64,000 nt of DNA, taken from assembly GCA_965205265.1 (NCBI GenBank), contig CBDBGH010000003.1:928001-992000 (forward strand), written 5' to 3'. The position numbers and the translations under genes are program-made. This DNA comes from Alphaproteobacteria bacterium (GTDB lineage: Bacteria; Pseudomonadota; Alphaproteobacteria; Bin95). Shown here piece by piece: positions 20,384 through 29,866 of the stretch (its first letter is position 1; the number at the start of each line of letters is the position of its first letter). The notes beneath the pieces were generated by a model. The model ran no database searches, had not been told where the DNA came from, and saw only the letters and a list, made by a program, of their open reading frames with translations.

Positions 20384-23003
20384 GCGGTTCGGGCTTTTTG
20401 GCGGCGGCGGTCTTGCGCGAGCGGCCTTTCGCGGGCGCGGCCTTCGGCTTCGCGGCGGTCTTGCCTGCCGGAGCCTTGCGGGCTGCTTTGCCGGCGCTGG
20501 CGGCCTTCTTCTGCTCCAGCAGGGGCAGGGCGGCTTCGAGCGTCGCGGCTTCGGGCGCTTGGCCCTTCGGCAGCGAGGCCATGATGCGGCCATGCTTCAC
20601 ATAAGGCCCGTAGCGCCCCTTGTGGACGGTGACGGGCTTGCCGTCGGCAGGATGAGCGCCAAGCTCCTTCAGCGGTCCGGCGGCGCGTCCGCCTTTCTTG
20701 TCCGCTATCAGCGCCACGGCCCGGTTCAGGCCGATCTCCAGCACGTCGTCGCCGCGCGGGATCGAGACATAGGCGCCGTCATGGCGGAGATAGGGGCCGT
20801 AGCGGCCGAGGCCGGCCGAGATCGGCTTGCCGGTTTCCGGGTGCAGCCCCACCTCGCGCGGCAGGGAAAGCAGGCCGAGCGCCTGTTGCAGCGTGACGGC
20901 CGCCGGGTCCATGCCCCGCGGCATGGAGACGCGCTTCGGCTTGTTCCCGTCCTCTCCGGCAAGCTGGACATAGAAGCCGTAGGGCCCCTTGCGCACGGAA
21001 ACCTCAAGCCCGCTTTCCGGGTGGTCGCCGAGGACGCGCGGCCCGTTTTCGTCCCCGGCCTCCGGGACCGTCAGCGGCCGGACATGGCGGCAGTCCGGGT
21101 AGCGGGAGCAGCCGAAGAAGGCGCCGTGGCGGCCGAGCCTGAGGCCGAGCCGGCCCTCGCCGCAGACCGGGCAGAGGCGCGGGTCCCGTCCGTTGTCGCC
21201 CGGCGGGAAGAAATGCGCGTCGAGCTCCTTGTCGAGAGCGTCGATGACATTGGATATGCGCAGCTCCTGCGTTTCCTCGACCTTGGCCTGGAAGCCGTCC
21301 CAGAACTCCTGCAGCAGCGCGCGCCAGTCGATGCGCCCGTTGGAGACCGCGTCGAGCTTTTCCTCCAGGTCGGCGGTGAACTCGTATTCCACATAGCGTT
21401 CGAAGAAGTTCTGCAGAAAGGCCGTGACGATGCGCCCGCGGTCCTCCGGCAGGAAGCGCTTGCTCTCCAGCCGCACATAATCGCGGTCCTGCAGCACCTG
21501 GATGATCGAGGCGTAGGTGGAAGGACGCCCGATGCCGAGTTCCTCCAGCCGCTTGACCAGGCTCGCCTCGGTGTAGCGCGGCGGCGGCTGGGTGAAATGC
21601 TGCCCGGCCTCCTCCGCCTTGCGCTCTGCCGGCTCGCCCTCGGCCACGGGCGGCAGGGCCTGGCCCTCATCCTCGCCGTTCGCCCTGCCGTCGGGCGCCT
21701 CGTCCCGGCCTTCGCGGTAGAGCTTGAGATAGCCGTCGAAGCGGATGACCGAACCGGTTGCGCGCAATACCGCCCGGCCGTCCGTCGCCGCCACATCGAC
21801 GGCGGCGCGGTCGAATACGGCAGCCGCCATCTGGCTGGCGACGGCGCGCCGCCAGACCAGCTCGTAAAGCCGGAACTGTTCGGGTTTCAGGCGGTCCCGG
21901 ACATCCTGCGGCCGGCGCCCCATATCGGTCGGCCGGATCGCCTCATGCGCTTCCTGGGCATTGCGCGCCGAAGAGCGGTAGCGCCTCGGTTTCGGCGGCA
22001 GGTAGGCGTCGCCGAAATCGCGTTCGATCAGCCGGCGCGCGCCGGCCAGCGCCTCCCCGCTCATCGCGACGCTGTCGGTCCGCATATAGGTGATGAGGCC
22101 GACGCTTTCGCCGCCGAGATCGACGCCCTCGTAAAGCTGCTGGGCGATGCGCATGGTGCGCGCGGCTCCGAAGCCGAGCCGCCGCGAGGCCTCCTGCTGC
22201 AGCGTCGAAGTGGTGAAGGGCGGGGCCGGATTGCGGCGCGCTTGCCTCTTCTCCACGGCGGCGATCCGGTATGCGGCCTCCTCCAGCCGCGCCTTGATCG
22301 CAAGCGCTGAGGCCTCGTCCGCAATCGCATGGGGCCCGAGCTTCCTGCCGTCGAGATGGGTGAGCCGGGCGCGGAAGGCCGCGCCGGCGACCGTCTCGAA
22401 ATCGGCATCGACGGTCCAGTATTCGCGCGCCCGGAACGCCTCGATCTCGGCCTCCCGGTCGCAGACCAGGCGGAGCGCCACCGATTGCACCCGTCCCGCC
22501 GAGCGCGCGCCCGGCAGCTTGCGCCAGAGCACCGGAGAGAGCGTGAATCCGACCAGGTAATCGAGCGCGCGGCGCGCGAGATAGGCGTCCACCAGCTCCT
22601 GGTTGATGGCGCGCGGATTGGCGACCGCGTCCAGCACCGCGTTCCTGGTGACCTCGTGGAAGACGACGCGGCTGACCTCGACCCCGTTCAGCGCCTTCCG
22701 GCTCGCCAGTGCCTCGCGGACATGCCAGGAAATCGCCTCGCCCTCGCGGTCCGGGTCGGTGGCGAGGTAGAGCCGGGATGCGCCCTTCACCGCCTTTGCG
22801 ATCTCGCCGACATGCTTCCTGCCGCGCTCGTCCATCTGCCACGACATGGCGAAACCCCTGTCGGGCAGCACGGAGCCGTCCTTGGGCGGCAGATCGCGAA
22901 CATGGCCGAAGCTGGCCAATACCCGGAAGTCCCGTCCCAGGTATTTGTTGATCGTCTTTGCCTTGGCCGGCGATTCTACAACGACGATGTTCTCGGCGCT
23001 CAT
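20370..23003 (-). CDS. topA: DNA topoisomerase I
   Basis: VVESPAKAKTI, ATDPDREGEAI, SAGRVQS, ITYMRTD, GIGRPSTY. Confidence 0.97.
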   Translation of the reverse strand: MSAENIVVVESPAKAKTINKYLGRDFRVLASFGHVRDLPPKDGSVLPDRGFAMSWQMDERGRKHVGEIAKAVKGASRLYLATDPDREGEAISWHVREALASRKALNGVEVSRVVFHEVTRNAVLDAVANPRAINQELVDAYLARRALDYLVGFTLSPVLWRKLPGARSAGRVQSVALRLVCDREAEIEAFRAREYWTVDADFETVAGAAFRARLTHLDGRKLGPHAIADEASALAIKARLEEAAYRIAAVEKRQARRNPAPPFTTSTLQQEASRRLGFGAARTMRIAQQLYEGVDLGGESVGLITYMRTDSVAMSGEALAGARRLIERDFGDAYLPPKPRRYRSSARNAQEAHEAIRPTDMGRRPQDVRDRLKPEQFRLYELVWRRAVASQMAAAVFDRAAVDVAATDGRAVLRATGSVIRFDGYLKLYREGRDEAPDGRANGEDEGQALPPVAEGEPAERKAEEAGQHFTQPPPRYTEASLVKRLEELGIGRPSTYASIIQVLQDRDYVRLESKRFLPEDRGRIVTAFLQNFFERYVEYEFTADLEEKLDAVSNGRIDWRALLQEFWDGFQAKVEETQELRISNVIDALDKELDAHFFPPGDNGRDPRLCPVCGEGRLGLRLGRHGAFFGCSRYPDCRHVRPLTVPEAGDENGPRVLGDHPESGLEVSVRKGPYGFYVQLAGEDGNKPKRVSMPRGMDPAAVTLQQALGLLSLPREVGLHPETGKPISAGLGRYGPYLRHDGAYVSIPRGDDVLEIGLNRAVALIADKKGGRAAGPLKELGAHPADGKPVTVHKGRYGPYVKHGRIMASLPKGQAPEAATLEAALPLLEQKKAASAGKAARKAPAGKTAAKPKAAPAKGRSRKTAAAKKPEPRGAA

Positions 23004-24085
23004 CTCGATATCAACGAAACCCGTTGTCCAGGATGCCGTTCGACACGGCCCGCCAGCTCAAGGTCGAGCAACATGGCGGCCACGGCTGCGCTCGACAAGT
23101 GGCACCGGCGGGCGAGTTCGTCAACCGTGACCGGAACGGGGCCGGGCGCGGAGAGCAGGCTGTTTTCCGCTTCGGGACCGGCGTCGCCTGCGGGAGCGGC
23201 GGGGGCCGGAGGCGGCGATATGGCGCGGGTCGGCCGCTTCGGTGCGGTGCGGAGTTGCGGGGCCGGCGCGATGCTGTCGGCGAGCGCTTCGGCAATGTCG
23301 TCGGCGTCGGTGACGAGGGTCGCGCCGTTGCGGATCAGGTCATGGCAGCCGGCATTGCGCGGGTCCAGCGGCGAGCCCGGCACGGCGAACACCTGGCGGC
23401 CTTCCTCGGCGGCCAGCCGCGCGGTAATCAGCGAGCCCGAGCGGGCCGCCGCCTCGATCACCACCACGCCCGCCGCCAGCCCTGCGACAATGCGGTTGCG
23501 GCGGGGAAAGTCCTGCGCCCGCGCCTGGAAACCCGGCGGGTTTTCGGCGAGCGCAAGGCCGTCGGCGGCTATGGCGTCGAAGAGCGCGCGGTTCTGCGGC
23601 GGATAGGGCCGGTCGATGCCCCCGGCCATAACGGCAATAGTGCCGCTGGCGAGCGCGCCCCTGTGCGCGGCCGCGTCGATGCCGCGCGCCAGTCCCGAGA
23701 CGACGGTGAAACCGGCTTCGCCGAGCGCCCGCGCGAGCCGCTCGGCAATCCGCTGGCCGGCCGCGGAGGCGTTGCGCGCGCCCACCATCGCGACGACCGG
23801 CAGGGCGGCGAGCGAAAGGTCTCCCAGGACCGCGAGGAAGGGTGGCGGATCGGCGATGCGCGAGAGCGCGGCCGGATAATCGTCGTCGCCGAACCAGACC
23901 GGCCTTGCGCCGAGCCGGGACAGCGCCTCCAGCTCCTCTTCCGCTTCCCGCTCGGCAGGCGGCCGGAAGCCGAAGCCCGGCAGCGCCTCCAGCGCCGCCT
24001 CCGCCGAGCCCAGCCGCTCGACGAGTTCGAAGTAGCGGATCGGCCCGATGCCGGGTGTCCGCGCGAGCCGCAGCCTCGCCGTCAT
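23000..24085 (-). CDS. dprA: DNA-processing protein DprA
   Basis: VGARNAS, SGLARGIDAAAH, FPRRNRIVAG, SGSLITA, PGSPLDPR. Confidence 0.95.
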   Translation of the reverse strand: MTARLRLARTPGIGPIRYFELVERLGSAEAALEALPGFGFRPPAEREAEEELEALSRLGARPVWFGDDDYPAALSRIADPPPFLAVLGDLSLAALPVVAMVGARNASAAGQRIAERLARALGEAGFTVVSGLARGIDAAAHRGALASGTIAVMAGGIDRPYPPQNRALFDAIAADGLALAENPPGFQARAQDFPRRNRIVAGLAAGVVVIEAAARSGSLITARLAAEEGRQVFAVPGSPLDPRNAGCHDLIRNGATLVTDADDIAEALADSIAPAPQLRTAPKRPTRAISPPPAPAAPAGDAGPEAENSLLSAPGPVPVTVDELARRCHLSSAAVAAMLLDLELAGRVERHPGQRVSLISR

Positions 24086-24696
24086 CGCAGCCGGATCCGG
24101 CTTTCCTCGCCTTTCAGCAGCCGGCGGATATTGCCGGCATGGCGGGCGATCACGGCTATCGCGATGAGGCCGGTCACTTCCGCTTCGGCCACCCCGACAA
24201 GCGCCCAGGCCCAAGCTGGCGAGGAGCCGATGGCGAGGATCGCGGCGAGCGACGAATAGCGGAAGAGCGCGGCCGTTCCGAGCCAGACGGCCGCAGCCGC
24301 CACTCCAACCGGCCACGCGAAGACGAACAGCACGCCGAAAGCGGTCGCCACGCCCCGGCCGCCGCGAAAGCGCAGCCAGACCGGCGCGATGTGGCCGGCG
24401 ACCACGCCGAGCGCCGCGAACACCGCCATGCTCGGGCCGAACCAGTGGTCCGCAACCGCCACAGCGGCCGCGCCCTTGCCGGCGTCGAGCAGCAGGGTGA
24501 GCGCCGCCAGCCCCCTGCGCCCGGTCCGCAGCACGTTGGTCGCGCCGATATTGCCGGAGCCGACCTGCCTCAGATCGCCGGCCCCGGCCAGGCGTGTCAG
24601 AAGCACGCCGAAGGGAATGCTGCCGAGCAGGTAGGCCGCGAGAAATGCGGCATAGAGCGGCCAGGTGAAGGAGAAGTCTCCGAGCGGGTCCGGCAT
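24082..24696 (-). CDS. plsY: glycerol-3-phosphate acyltransferase PlsY
   Basis: YLLGSIPFG, GSGNIGATNVLR, GGRGVAT, RHAGNIRRL. Confidence 0.95.
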   Translation of the reverse strand: MPDPLGDFSFTWPLYAAFLAAYLLGSIPFGVLLTRLAGAGDLRQVGSGNIGATNVLRTGRRGLAALTLLLDAGKGAAAVAVADHWFGPSMAVFAALGVVAGHIAPVWLRFRGGRGVATAFGVLFVFAWPVGVAAAAVWLGTAALFRYSSLAAILAIGSSPAWAWALVGVAEAEVTGLIAIAVIARHAGNIRRLLKGEESRIRLR

Positions 24697-24697
24697 G

Positions 24698-25600
24698 TCA
24701 GGCCTCCAGCACGATGCGGGCCAGCCGCTCGGCGTCTTCCGGTCCGGCCATCAATGTGGGGGCGACGACGGCCCGCACGCCTTCGGCCTCTATCGCCGGC
24801 GCCTCATGCGCGTCCGCCTCGTCGATGACCAGCGCGCGGATCAGGCCGCGGTAATGCCGGGCGATCGCGAGCGAGGAAGGCTCCAGCCCCAATTCCGACA
24901 TCATCTTGGCCGCCGGCCCTTTCACCGCCTTGCCGCCGATGATCGGGGAGACGCACACGGCATCGCGCACTGTGTCCCGGTAGCCCCGAACGGCGAGGAT
25001 GGGATCGATACTGATATAGGGGTTGGACGGGCAGATGACGATGCGTTCGGCCTCCCGGAGGGCTTCGAGCGTGCCCGGCGCCGGGCGGGCAGTTTCCGCG
25101 CCCTCGAAGGTGAAACCGGCGACGCGCGGGGCGGTGCGCTCGCGCACGAAGTAATGCTGGAAGGCGAGCCGCCCCGATTCGGTCTCGACCAGGGTCCGCA
25201 GCCGCTGGTCGGTCGCCGGGATCACCCGCGCCGCCACGCCGAGCCGCGCGAGAAAGGCGGCGGTGACGGCCGACAGCGGTTCCCCGGCCGCGAGGCGCTC
25301 GCTGCGGAGCACATGCATCGCAAGGTCGGAGTCGCCGAGATTGAACCAGGTCTCGCCGCCGAGCGCGCCGAGCGCTCCCATGAAGGACCAGCTCTCGTTC
25401 GCCCGGCCCCAGCCGCGTTTCCGGTCGGCGAGGCCCGAGAGCGCATAGACCAGCGAGTCGATGTCCGGCGAAACCGAAAGGCCCAGATGCTCGAAATCGT
25501 CGCCGGTATTGGCGATCACCGTAAGGTCCGCGCCGGCGTGCATCAGGCCTTCCGCCAGTTTTGCGCCGCCGACGCCGCCGGAGAGCGCCGCGACCTTCAC
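24698..25600 (-). CDS. cofD: 2-phospho-L-lactate transferase (F420 biosynthesis)
   Basis: LSGGVGGAK, ANTGDD, SPDID, WFNLGDSD, PSNPYISIDPIL, AVKGPAAKMM. Confidence 0.92.
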   Translation of the reverse strand: MKVAALSGGVGGAKLAEGLMHAGADLTVIANTGDDFEHLGLSVSPDIDSLVYALSGLADRKRGWGRANESWSFMGALGALGGETWFNLGDSDLAMHVLRSERLAAGEPLSAVTAAFLARLGVAARVIPATDQRLRTLVETESGRLAFQHYFVRERTAPRVAGFTFEGAETARPAPGTLEALREAERIVICPSNPYISIDPILAVRGYRDTVRDAVCVSPIIGGKAVKGPAAKMMSELGLEPSSLAIARHYRGLIRALVIDEADAHEAPAIEAEGVRAVVAPTLMAGPEDAERLARIVLEA

Positions 25601-26352
25601 CGGAAGAGGTCCGTGGCCCGGTCGCGGAGCAGCGGGGCGACGCCGCCATCGTCTTCCGGCAGGTCGAGCCCGCGCACCAGCACCGCCGGCGTCGCCTCGT
25701 CGGCCTGCCCCTGGAGGATCGAGGCGGCGGCCGCGATCTCGTCCGCCTGGCCGACAATGGTGACCTCCAGCGGCTGGCCGAACAGGTCCGGCTCGCCGCG
25801 CCGGTCGTCGATTGCCGGCAGGCCCGCCACCCCTATGGCGACGCCGCAGGTGCCGACCCGCCAGGCCCGGCCGAAGCTGTCGGAGACGATGACGCCGGGC
25901 GCCACGCCCCAGCGTTCCGCCAGCGCGGCCCTGAGCGCCCTCGCGGAAGCGTCGGGGTCCCGCGGCAGCAGCAGCAGGCGCCCCGCCTCGATGTTGGAGT
26001 GGTCTATGCCGGCATTGGCCATCACATGCCCCAGCCGGTGCTCGACGACCGCCACGCCCGGCCGGTGGCGGACGATCTCCGCCGTTTCCCCGAGCAGGAT
26101 CTCGACATGCGCGGGGTCCTTGTGCGTCAGCGCCGCGAGCCGTTTCGCGGCGGGCGAAGGAACCGTCTCCTCCGGAAAGGCGTAGCGCCCCTCGGCCTTG
26201 GAAACGACCTTCTGCGCGACCACGAGGATGTCGCCTGCCTCAAGCCCGGTCCCGGCCCGCTCCAACCCTTCCGAAATCAGTCCGGCAAGATCGTCCCCCG
26301 GCTCGACCATCGGCAGGCCGGGCAGCGCGATCAGCTCAAGCCGCCGGGTCAC
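25597..26352 (-). CDS. cofE: coenzyme F420-0:L-glutamate ligase
   Basis: PGDDL, AQKVVSKAEGR, ANAGIDHSN, DSFGRAWRVG, DEIAAAA, DLFR; GTG overlaps npdG stop. Confidence 0.92.
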   Translation of the reverse strand: MTRRLELIALPGLPMVEPGDDLAGLISEGLERAGTGLEAGDILVVAQKVVSKAEGRYAFPEETVPSPAAKRLAALTHKDPAHVEILLGETAEIVRHRPGVAVVEHRLGHVMANAGIDHSNIEAGRLLLLPRDPDASARALRAALAERWGVAPGVIVSDSFGRAWRVGTCGVAIGVAGLPAIDDRRGEPDLFGQPLEVTIVGQADEIAAAASILQGQADEATPAVLVRGLDLPEDDGGVAPLLRDRATDLFR

Positions 26353-27008
26353 GCCCCGTCCCGGCCGGTCGCCGGCGTCCCGGTAATCCTGAGGCCCGCG
26401 CCGTCGATGCCGTAGCGGCGGTTGATCTGGATGATGACCGAGGTAAGCGCTTCGGCGGCGGCGGAGTTCGCGAGCGGCCCGGCATGCCAGCCGCGCAGGC
26501 CGAGGTCTTCCGCAAGCCCGATCACCGTTTCGCGCGCGGCCAGCTTGTCGCCCGCCACCAGCACGTCGCAGTCGATGTCGTGGGCCGCCTGCAGATGCGC
26601 GGCGGCCACATTCTGGAAGGCCGAGACGACGGTGGCGCGTTCGCCCAGCCAGACCTGCGCCTCGACCGCCGCCGACCCCGCCTCGGGAAGCTGCACCGTG
26701 CCGACCCTGGGCGGCATCAGCGGCACGGTTGCATCCACCAGGATCTTCCCCTCGAGCCCCTCGGCGATGCTCTCTATCGTGCTCCTGTGGTGGGCGTAGG
26801 GCACGGTCAGCACCACGATGTCGGCGGCGGCCGCGGCCTGCGGGTTGACGAGGCCGACCGCGCCGTGGCCGGCCTCGGCCGCTGCGGCATCGGCCCGCTC
26901 CTGGGTGCGCGAGCCGATGACCACCTTGTGGCCGGCATCCGCCCAGCGCCGCGCGAAGCCCGTGCCGAGCGCGCCCGTGCCGCCGATGATCGCGATGGTC
27001 CGTCCCAT
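26349..27008 (-). CDS. npdG: NADPH-dependent F420 reductase
   Basis: IIGGTGALGTG, IGSR, LTVPY, VDATVPL, VVSAFQNVAA, AGPLANS. Confidence 0.9.
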   Translation of the reverse strand: MGRTIAIIGGTGALGTGFARRWADAGHKVVIGSRTQERADAAAAEAGHGAVGLVNPQAAAAADIVVLTVPYAHHRSTIESIAEGLEGKILVDATVPLMPPRVGTVQLPEAGSAAVEAQVWLGERATVVSAFQNVAAAHLQAAHDIDCDVLVAGDKLAARETVIGLAEDLGLRGWHAGPLANSAAAEALTSVIIQINRRYGIDGAGLRITGTPATGRDGA

Positions 27009-27102
27009 AAGCCGCGCCTCCCCCTCCCGCTGCGCCCGCAGGGTTTACCCCATGCCGCGCGCCAAGCCAAAGCTTGCTTGCCATGCGGAACTGCCGGCAA
27101 TA

Positions 27103-27117
27103 GTCATGGCGAATGAC
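27103..27117. promoter_or_regulatory. candidate TA autoregulatory operator (GTCAT-N5-ATGAC)
   Basis: Short inverted repeat about 25 nt upstream of the antitoxin ATG. Confidence 0.35.
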
Positions 27118-27141
27118 CAATTGTTATTGCGTGAGGGCACT

Positions 27142-27378
27142 ATGGCTGAGGAAGTCGGAGCGGCCGCGTTCAAGGCGCAATGCCTTCAGATCATCGACCG
27201 GGTAAGCAGGGACCGCCAGCCGGTCACCATCACCAAGCGCGGCAAGCCTGTTGCGATACTGGTGGCCGCACCGGGAACGGCGCCTTCTCCGTTCGGGGCC
27301 ATGCGGGGCAGTTTGCTGGGTTATGACGAGCCGTTCGAGCCGGCGGCCGACCCCTCCGACTGGAACGCCATGCGATGA
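27142..27378 (+). CDS. Phd/YefM family antitoxin
   Basis: AAAFKAQCLQIIDRV...VTITKRGKPVAIL; ATGA overlap with toxin. Confidence 0.9.
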   Translation: MAEEVGAAAFKAQCLQIIDRVSRDRQPVTITKRGKPVAILVAAPGTAPSPFGAMRGSLLGYDEPFEPAADPSDWNAMR

Positions 27379-27788
27379 TCCTGCCGGACACGCATGCTTT
27401 CGCGCGGACGGTCGGCGGCGACCGGCGCATCGGGCCCCGCGCCCGCGCCGCCGTCGGCGAGGCGGCGTCAGGCGACGGCGTGCTGGTGTCGGCGATTACG
27501 CCCTGGGAGGTCGCGCTCCTCGTTGAGAAGGGCCGGCTCCGGCTCGGCCGCGAGGTCGGCGCCTGGCTCGAAACGGCGCTGGCCCTGCCCGGTATGATGC
27601 TGGCCCCCATCGAGCCGGCGATCGCGGTCGACAGCACCAGGCTGCCCGGCGACTTCCACGCGGACCCCGCCGACCGCCTGATCGTCGCCACGTCCCGGCA
27701 TCGCGGCGTCCCGCTGCTGACGGCGGACCGCGCCATTCTCTCCTATGCGGCGAACGGCTATCTCCACGCATTGGATGCGGCCGCATAG
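27375..27788 (+). CDS. vapC: VapC family PIN-domain toxin
   Basis: DTH, SAITPWEV, HADPADRLIVAT, LLTAD. Confidence 0.88.
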   Translation: MILPDTHAFARTVGGDRRIGPRARAAVGEAASGDGVLVSAITPWEVALLVEKGRLRLGREVGAWLETALALPGMMLAPIEPAIAVDSTRLPGDFHADPADRLIVATSRHRGVPLLTADRAILSYAANGYLHALDAAA

Positions 27789-27829
27789 CATTTGCGGCCA
27801 GTCATGCCCCCGTCTTATCCTCGCCGCCC

Positions 27830-28018
27830 ATGACCGCGCCGCGCTCCATCGCCAGCCCTTGCGTCAGGGTCTGCCGCATCTCGCCCGAGACGCAGTTTTG
27901 CGAGGGCTGCGGCCGCCGGCTCAAGGAAATCGCGGGCTGGGCCCGGATGGCGGAGGCGGAGCGCGACGCCATCATGGCCGACCTGCCCCGCAGGCTTGCC
28001 GAGGGCCCTGCGGCTTAG
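27830..28018 (+). CDS. DUF1289 domain protein
   Basis: SPCVRVCRI...CEGCGRRLKEIAGW. Confidence 0.85.
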   Translation: MTAPRSIASPCVRVCRISPETQFCEGCGRRLKEIAGWARMAEAERDAIMADLPRRLAEGPAA

Positions 28019-28024
28019 GCCGGG

Positions 28025-28681
28025 TTACTCGTCGAAGGCGGCCGACAGCCGGTTCCGCAACTCTCCGGCGCCCGGCGCGCCCAGGTCCTGCGCCCGGAGC
28101 GTCCAGCGCCATGCCTCGGCCGGATCGTAAACTTCCTCCGGTCCGTTGATGCGGAGCAGCGCCAGATTGAAGGCCGCTTGCCCGATGCCGGCCCCGGCCG
28201 CGCGTGCGTAGAGTTCCGCAGCGCGGGGGGCGTTTTCGGCTTCGACCAGCCGCGCGAGGTTGAATTGCGCCTCCGCATGGCCCTCAGCCGCAGCCGCTTC
28301 GTACCAGCGTTGCGCCTCGGCCGGGTCGCGCGGCAGGCGGGGGTCGGAATCGAACAGGAGGCCGAGCCGGAACTGGGCCCGCACCTCTCCCTGCGCCGCG
28401 GCCTTGCGATACCAGCCTATCGCTTCCGACAGGCTGTTCGCTCCGCGCAGGCCCCGGTCGTGGATATAGCCGAGATAGAACTGCGCTTCCGGGTCGCCCG
28501 CCTCGGCTGCCTGTCCGTACCAGCGCATGGCATCGCCATAGGTGACAACGGGCGCAGGCATGTCTGCCGCGCCGGCCCGCGCCGACAAAAGGCAGAACAC
28601 GGCCAGAAGCCCGCACAATGCGAGGCGCGCGCCGTTCGTTCCTGCCCTTGTCGATTTTTGCATGGTTGGGGGTTCTCGCAA
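28025..28681 (-). CDS. exported Sel1-like repeat protein
   Basis: Signal-like N-terminus; repeats WYGQAAEAGDPEAQFYLG, WYRKAAAQGEVRAQFRLG, WYEAAAAEGHAEAQFNLA; start uncertain (28681 or 28663). Confidence 0.85.
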   Translation of the reverse strand: MREPPTMQKSTRAGTNGARLALCGLLAVFCLLSARAGAADMPAPVVTYGDAMRWYGQAAEAGDPEAQFYLGYIHDRGLRGANSLSEAIGWYRKAAAQGEVRAQFRLGLLFDSDPRLPRDPAEAQRWYEAAAAEGHAEAQFNLARLVEAENAPRAAELYARAAGAGIGQAAFNLALLRINGPEEVYDPAEAWRWTLRAQDLGAPGAGELRNRLSAAFDE

Positions 28682-28778
28682 CGCTCCCGCCCGTCCCGTT
28701 CAAGCAAAGCGGCGGGTATCCGCGAACTCGCAAGCCGGCGCAAGCCTCGACGCGCCGGAATGCGTCCCTGAGACGCAT

Positions 28779-28791
28779 AATTGTCACAATT
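28779..28791. promoter_or_regulatory. palindromic operator candidate AATTGT-C-ACAATT
   Basis: Perfect AT-rich palindrome in the divergent intergenic region; TTGT-N-ACAA resembles GntR-family sites. Confidence 0.45.
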
Positions 28792-28909
28792 CGCGGAAAA
28801 CGGCCAGAGGGCCGGAGCATGCGGCAGTCCCGGCCCACTGGCAAGGAAACCCCGCTTGCGCGCCGGGGGCGGGAGACTCACAATCCCGAAACGGGAGGGG
28901 GATTCGCTC

Positions 28910-29851
28910 ATGTATGCACTGAAGGACTTCGGCAGCTTCCATGTCGGCGGCCGGACGGTGACCGTGTCCGGCCGGGAGAAACGCACCGTCGCGTTTACGC
29001 CGAGCCTGGTCCTGGAATACGACCCCAATGGCGAGTTCCTCATCGAGCAGGTCTATGTCCAGTATTTCATTCCCGCGGAGCAGACATTCCCGCATCCGCT
29101 CGTCCTGCTTCACGGCGGGGGCCTGACCGGCGCCTGCTGGGAGACCACGCCGGACGGCCGGCCCGGCTGGCTGCACGATTTCCTCCGCCAGGGCTTCGCC
29201 GTTTATGTCATCGACAATGTCGAACGCGGGCGTTCCGGCTTCTGCGCGCTCGAAGGCGTGTGGGAGGGCGAGCCGGTCATGCGGACCGCGGCCGAGGCTT
29301 GGGAGCTGTTCCGCTTCGGACGGCCCGAGGATTTCGCGGCGGGCAAACCGTTCGAGGGCCAGCGCTTCCCCCTCCAGGCGATGGAGAGCTTCCAGCGACA
29401 GTTCGTGCCCCGCTGGACCTCGACCTCCGAAGCCCAGATCCGGGGCGTCGGCGCCGCGCTCCGGCGGATCGGGCCCTGCGTTCTGGTCTGCCACAGCCAG
29501 GGCGGCTATCTCGGCAGCCAGGCAGCCATCGGGAATCCCGAGTGCATTCGCGGCGTCGTCTGTTGCGAGGGCTCGACCCTGCCCGCAGACGAGCAGGTAT
29601 CGCCGGAGACGGTGGCGGGCGGGCCGTGGCTGCTGTTGCTCGGCGATTTCATCGACTTCTCGCCGCGATGGACCGCCACGCGGGAGGCGACCGCCGCCTT
29701 CGGCGACCGGGTGAACGGCGCCGGCGGGCGGGCGGAGCTGGTCGAGCTGCCCGATGCCGGATTCCCCGGCGCCACCCACATGTTCATGATGGACGAACAC
29801 TCGGCCGGCATCTCCGAATGGCTCGGAGCCTGGATTCGGGAAAACTGCTGA
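28910..29851 (+). CDS. alpha/beta hydrolase (esterase-like)
   Basis: LLHGGGLTG, WETTPDGRPGW, HSQGG nucleophile elbow, GATHMFMMD. Confidence 0.85.
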   Translation: MYALKDFGSFHVGGRTVTVSGREKRTVAFTPSLVLEYDPNGEFLIEQVYVQYFIPAEQTFPHPLVLLHGGGLTGACWETTPDGRPGWLHDFLRQGFAVYVIDNVERGRSGFCALEGVWEGEPVMRTAAEAWELFRFGRPEDFAAGKPFEGQRFPLQAMESFQRQFVPRWTSTSEAQIRGVGAALRRIGPCVLVCHSQGGYLGSQAAIGNPECIRGVVCCEGSTLPADEQVSPETVAGGPWLLLLGDFIDFSPRWTATREATAAFGDRVNGAGGRAELVELPDAGFPGATHMFMMDEHSAGISEWLGAWIRENC

Positions 29852-29866
29852 GCGGCGCGGACGAGG

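Noticed and set aside
27142-27788. vapBC as a novel defence system
   Set aside because: Canonical Phd/YefM plus PIN pair with no unusual partners.
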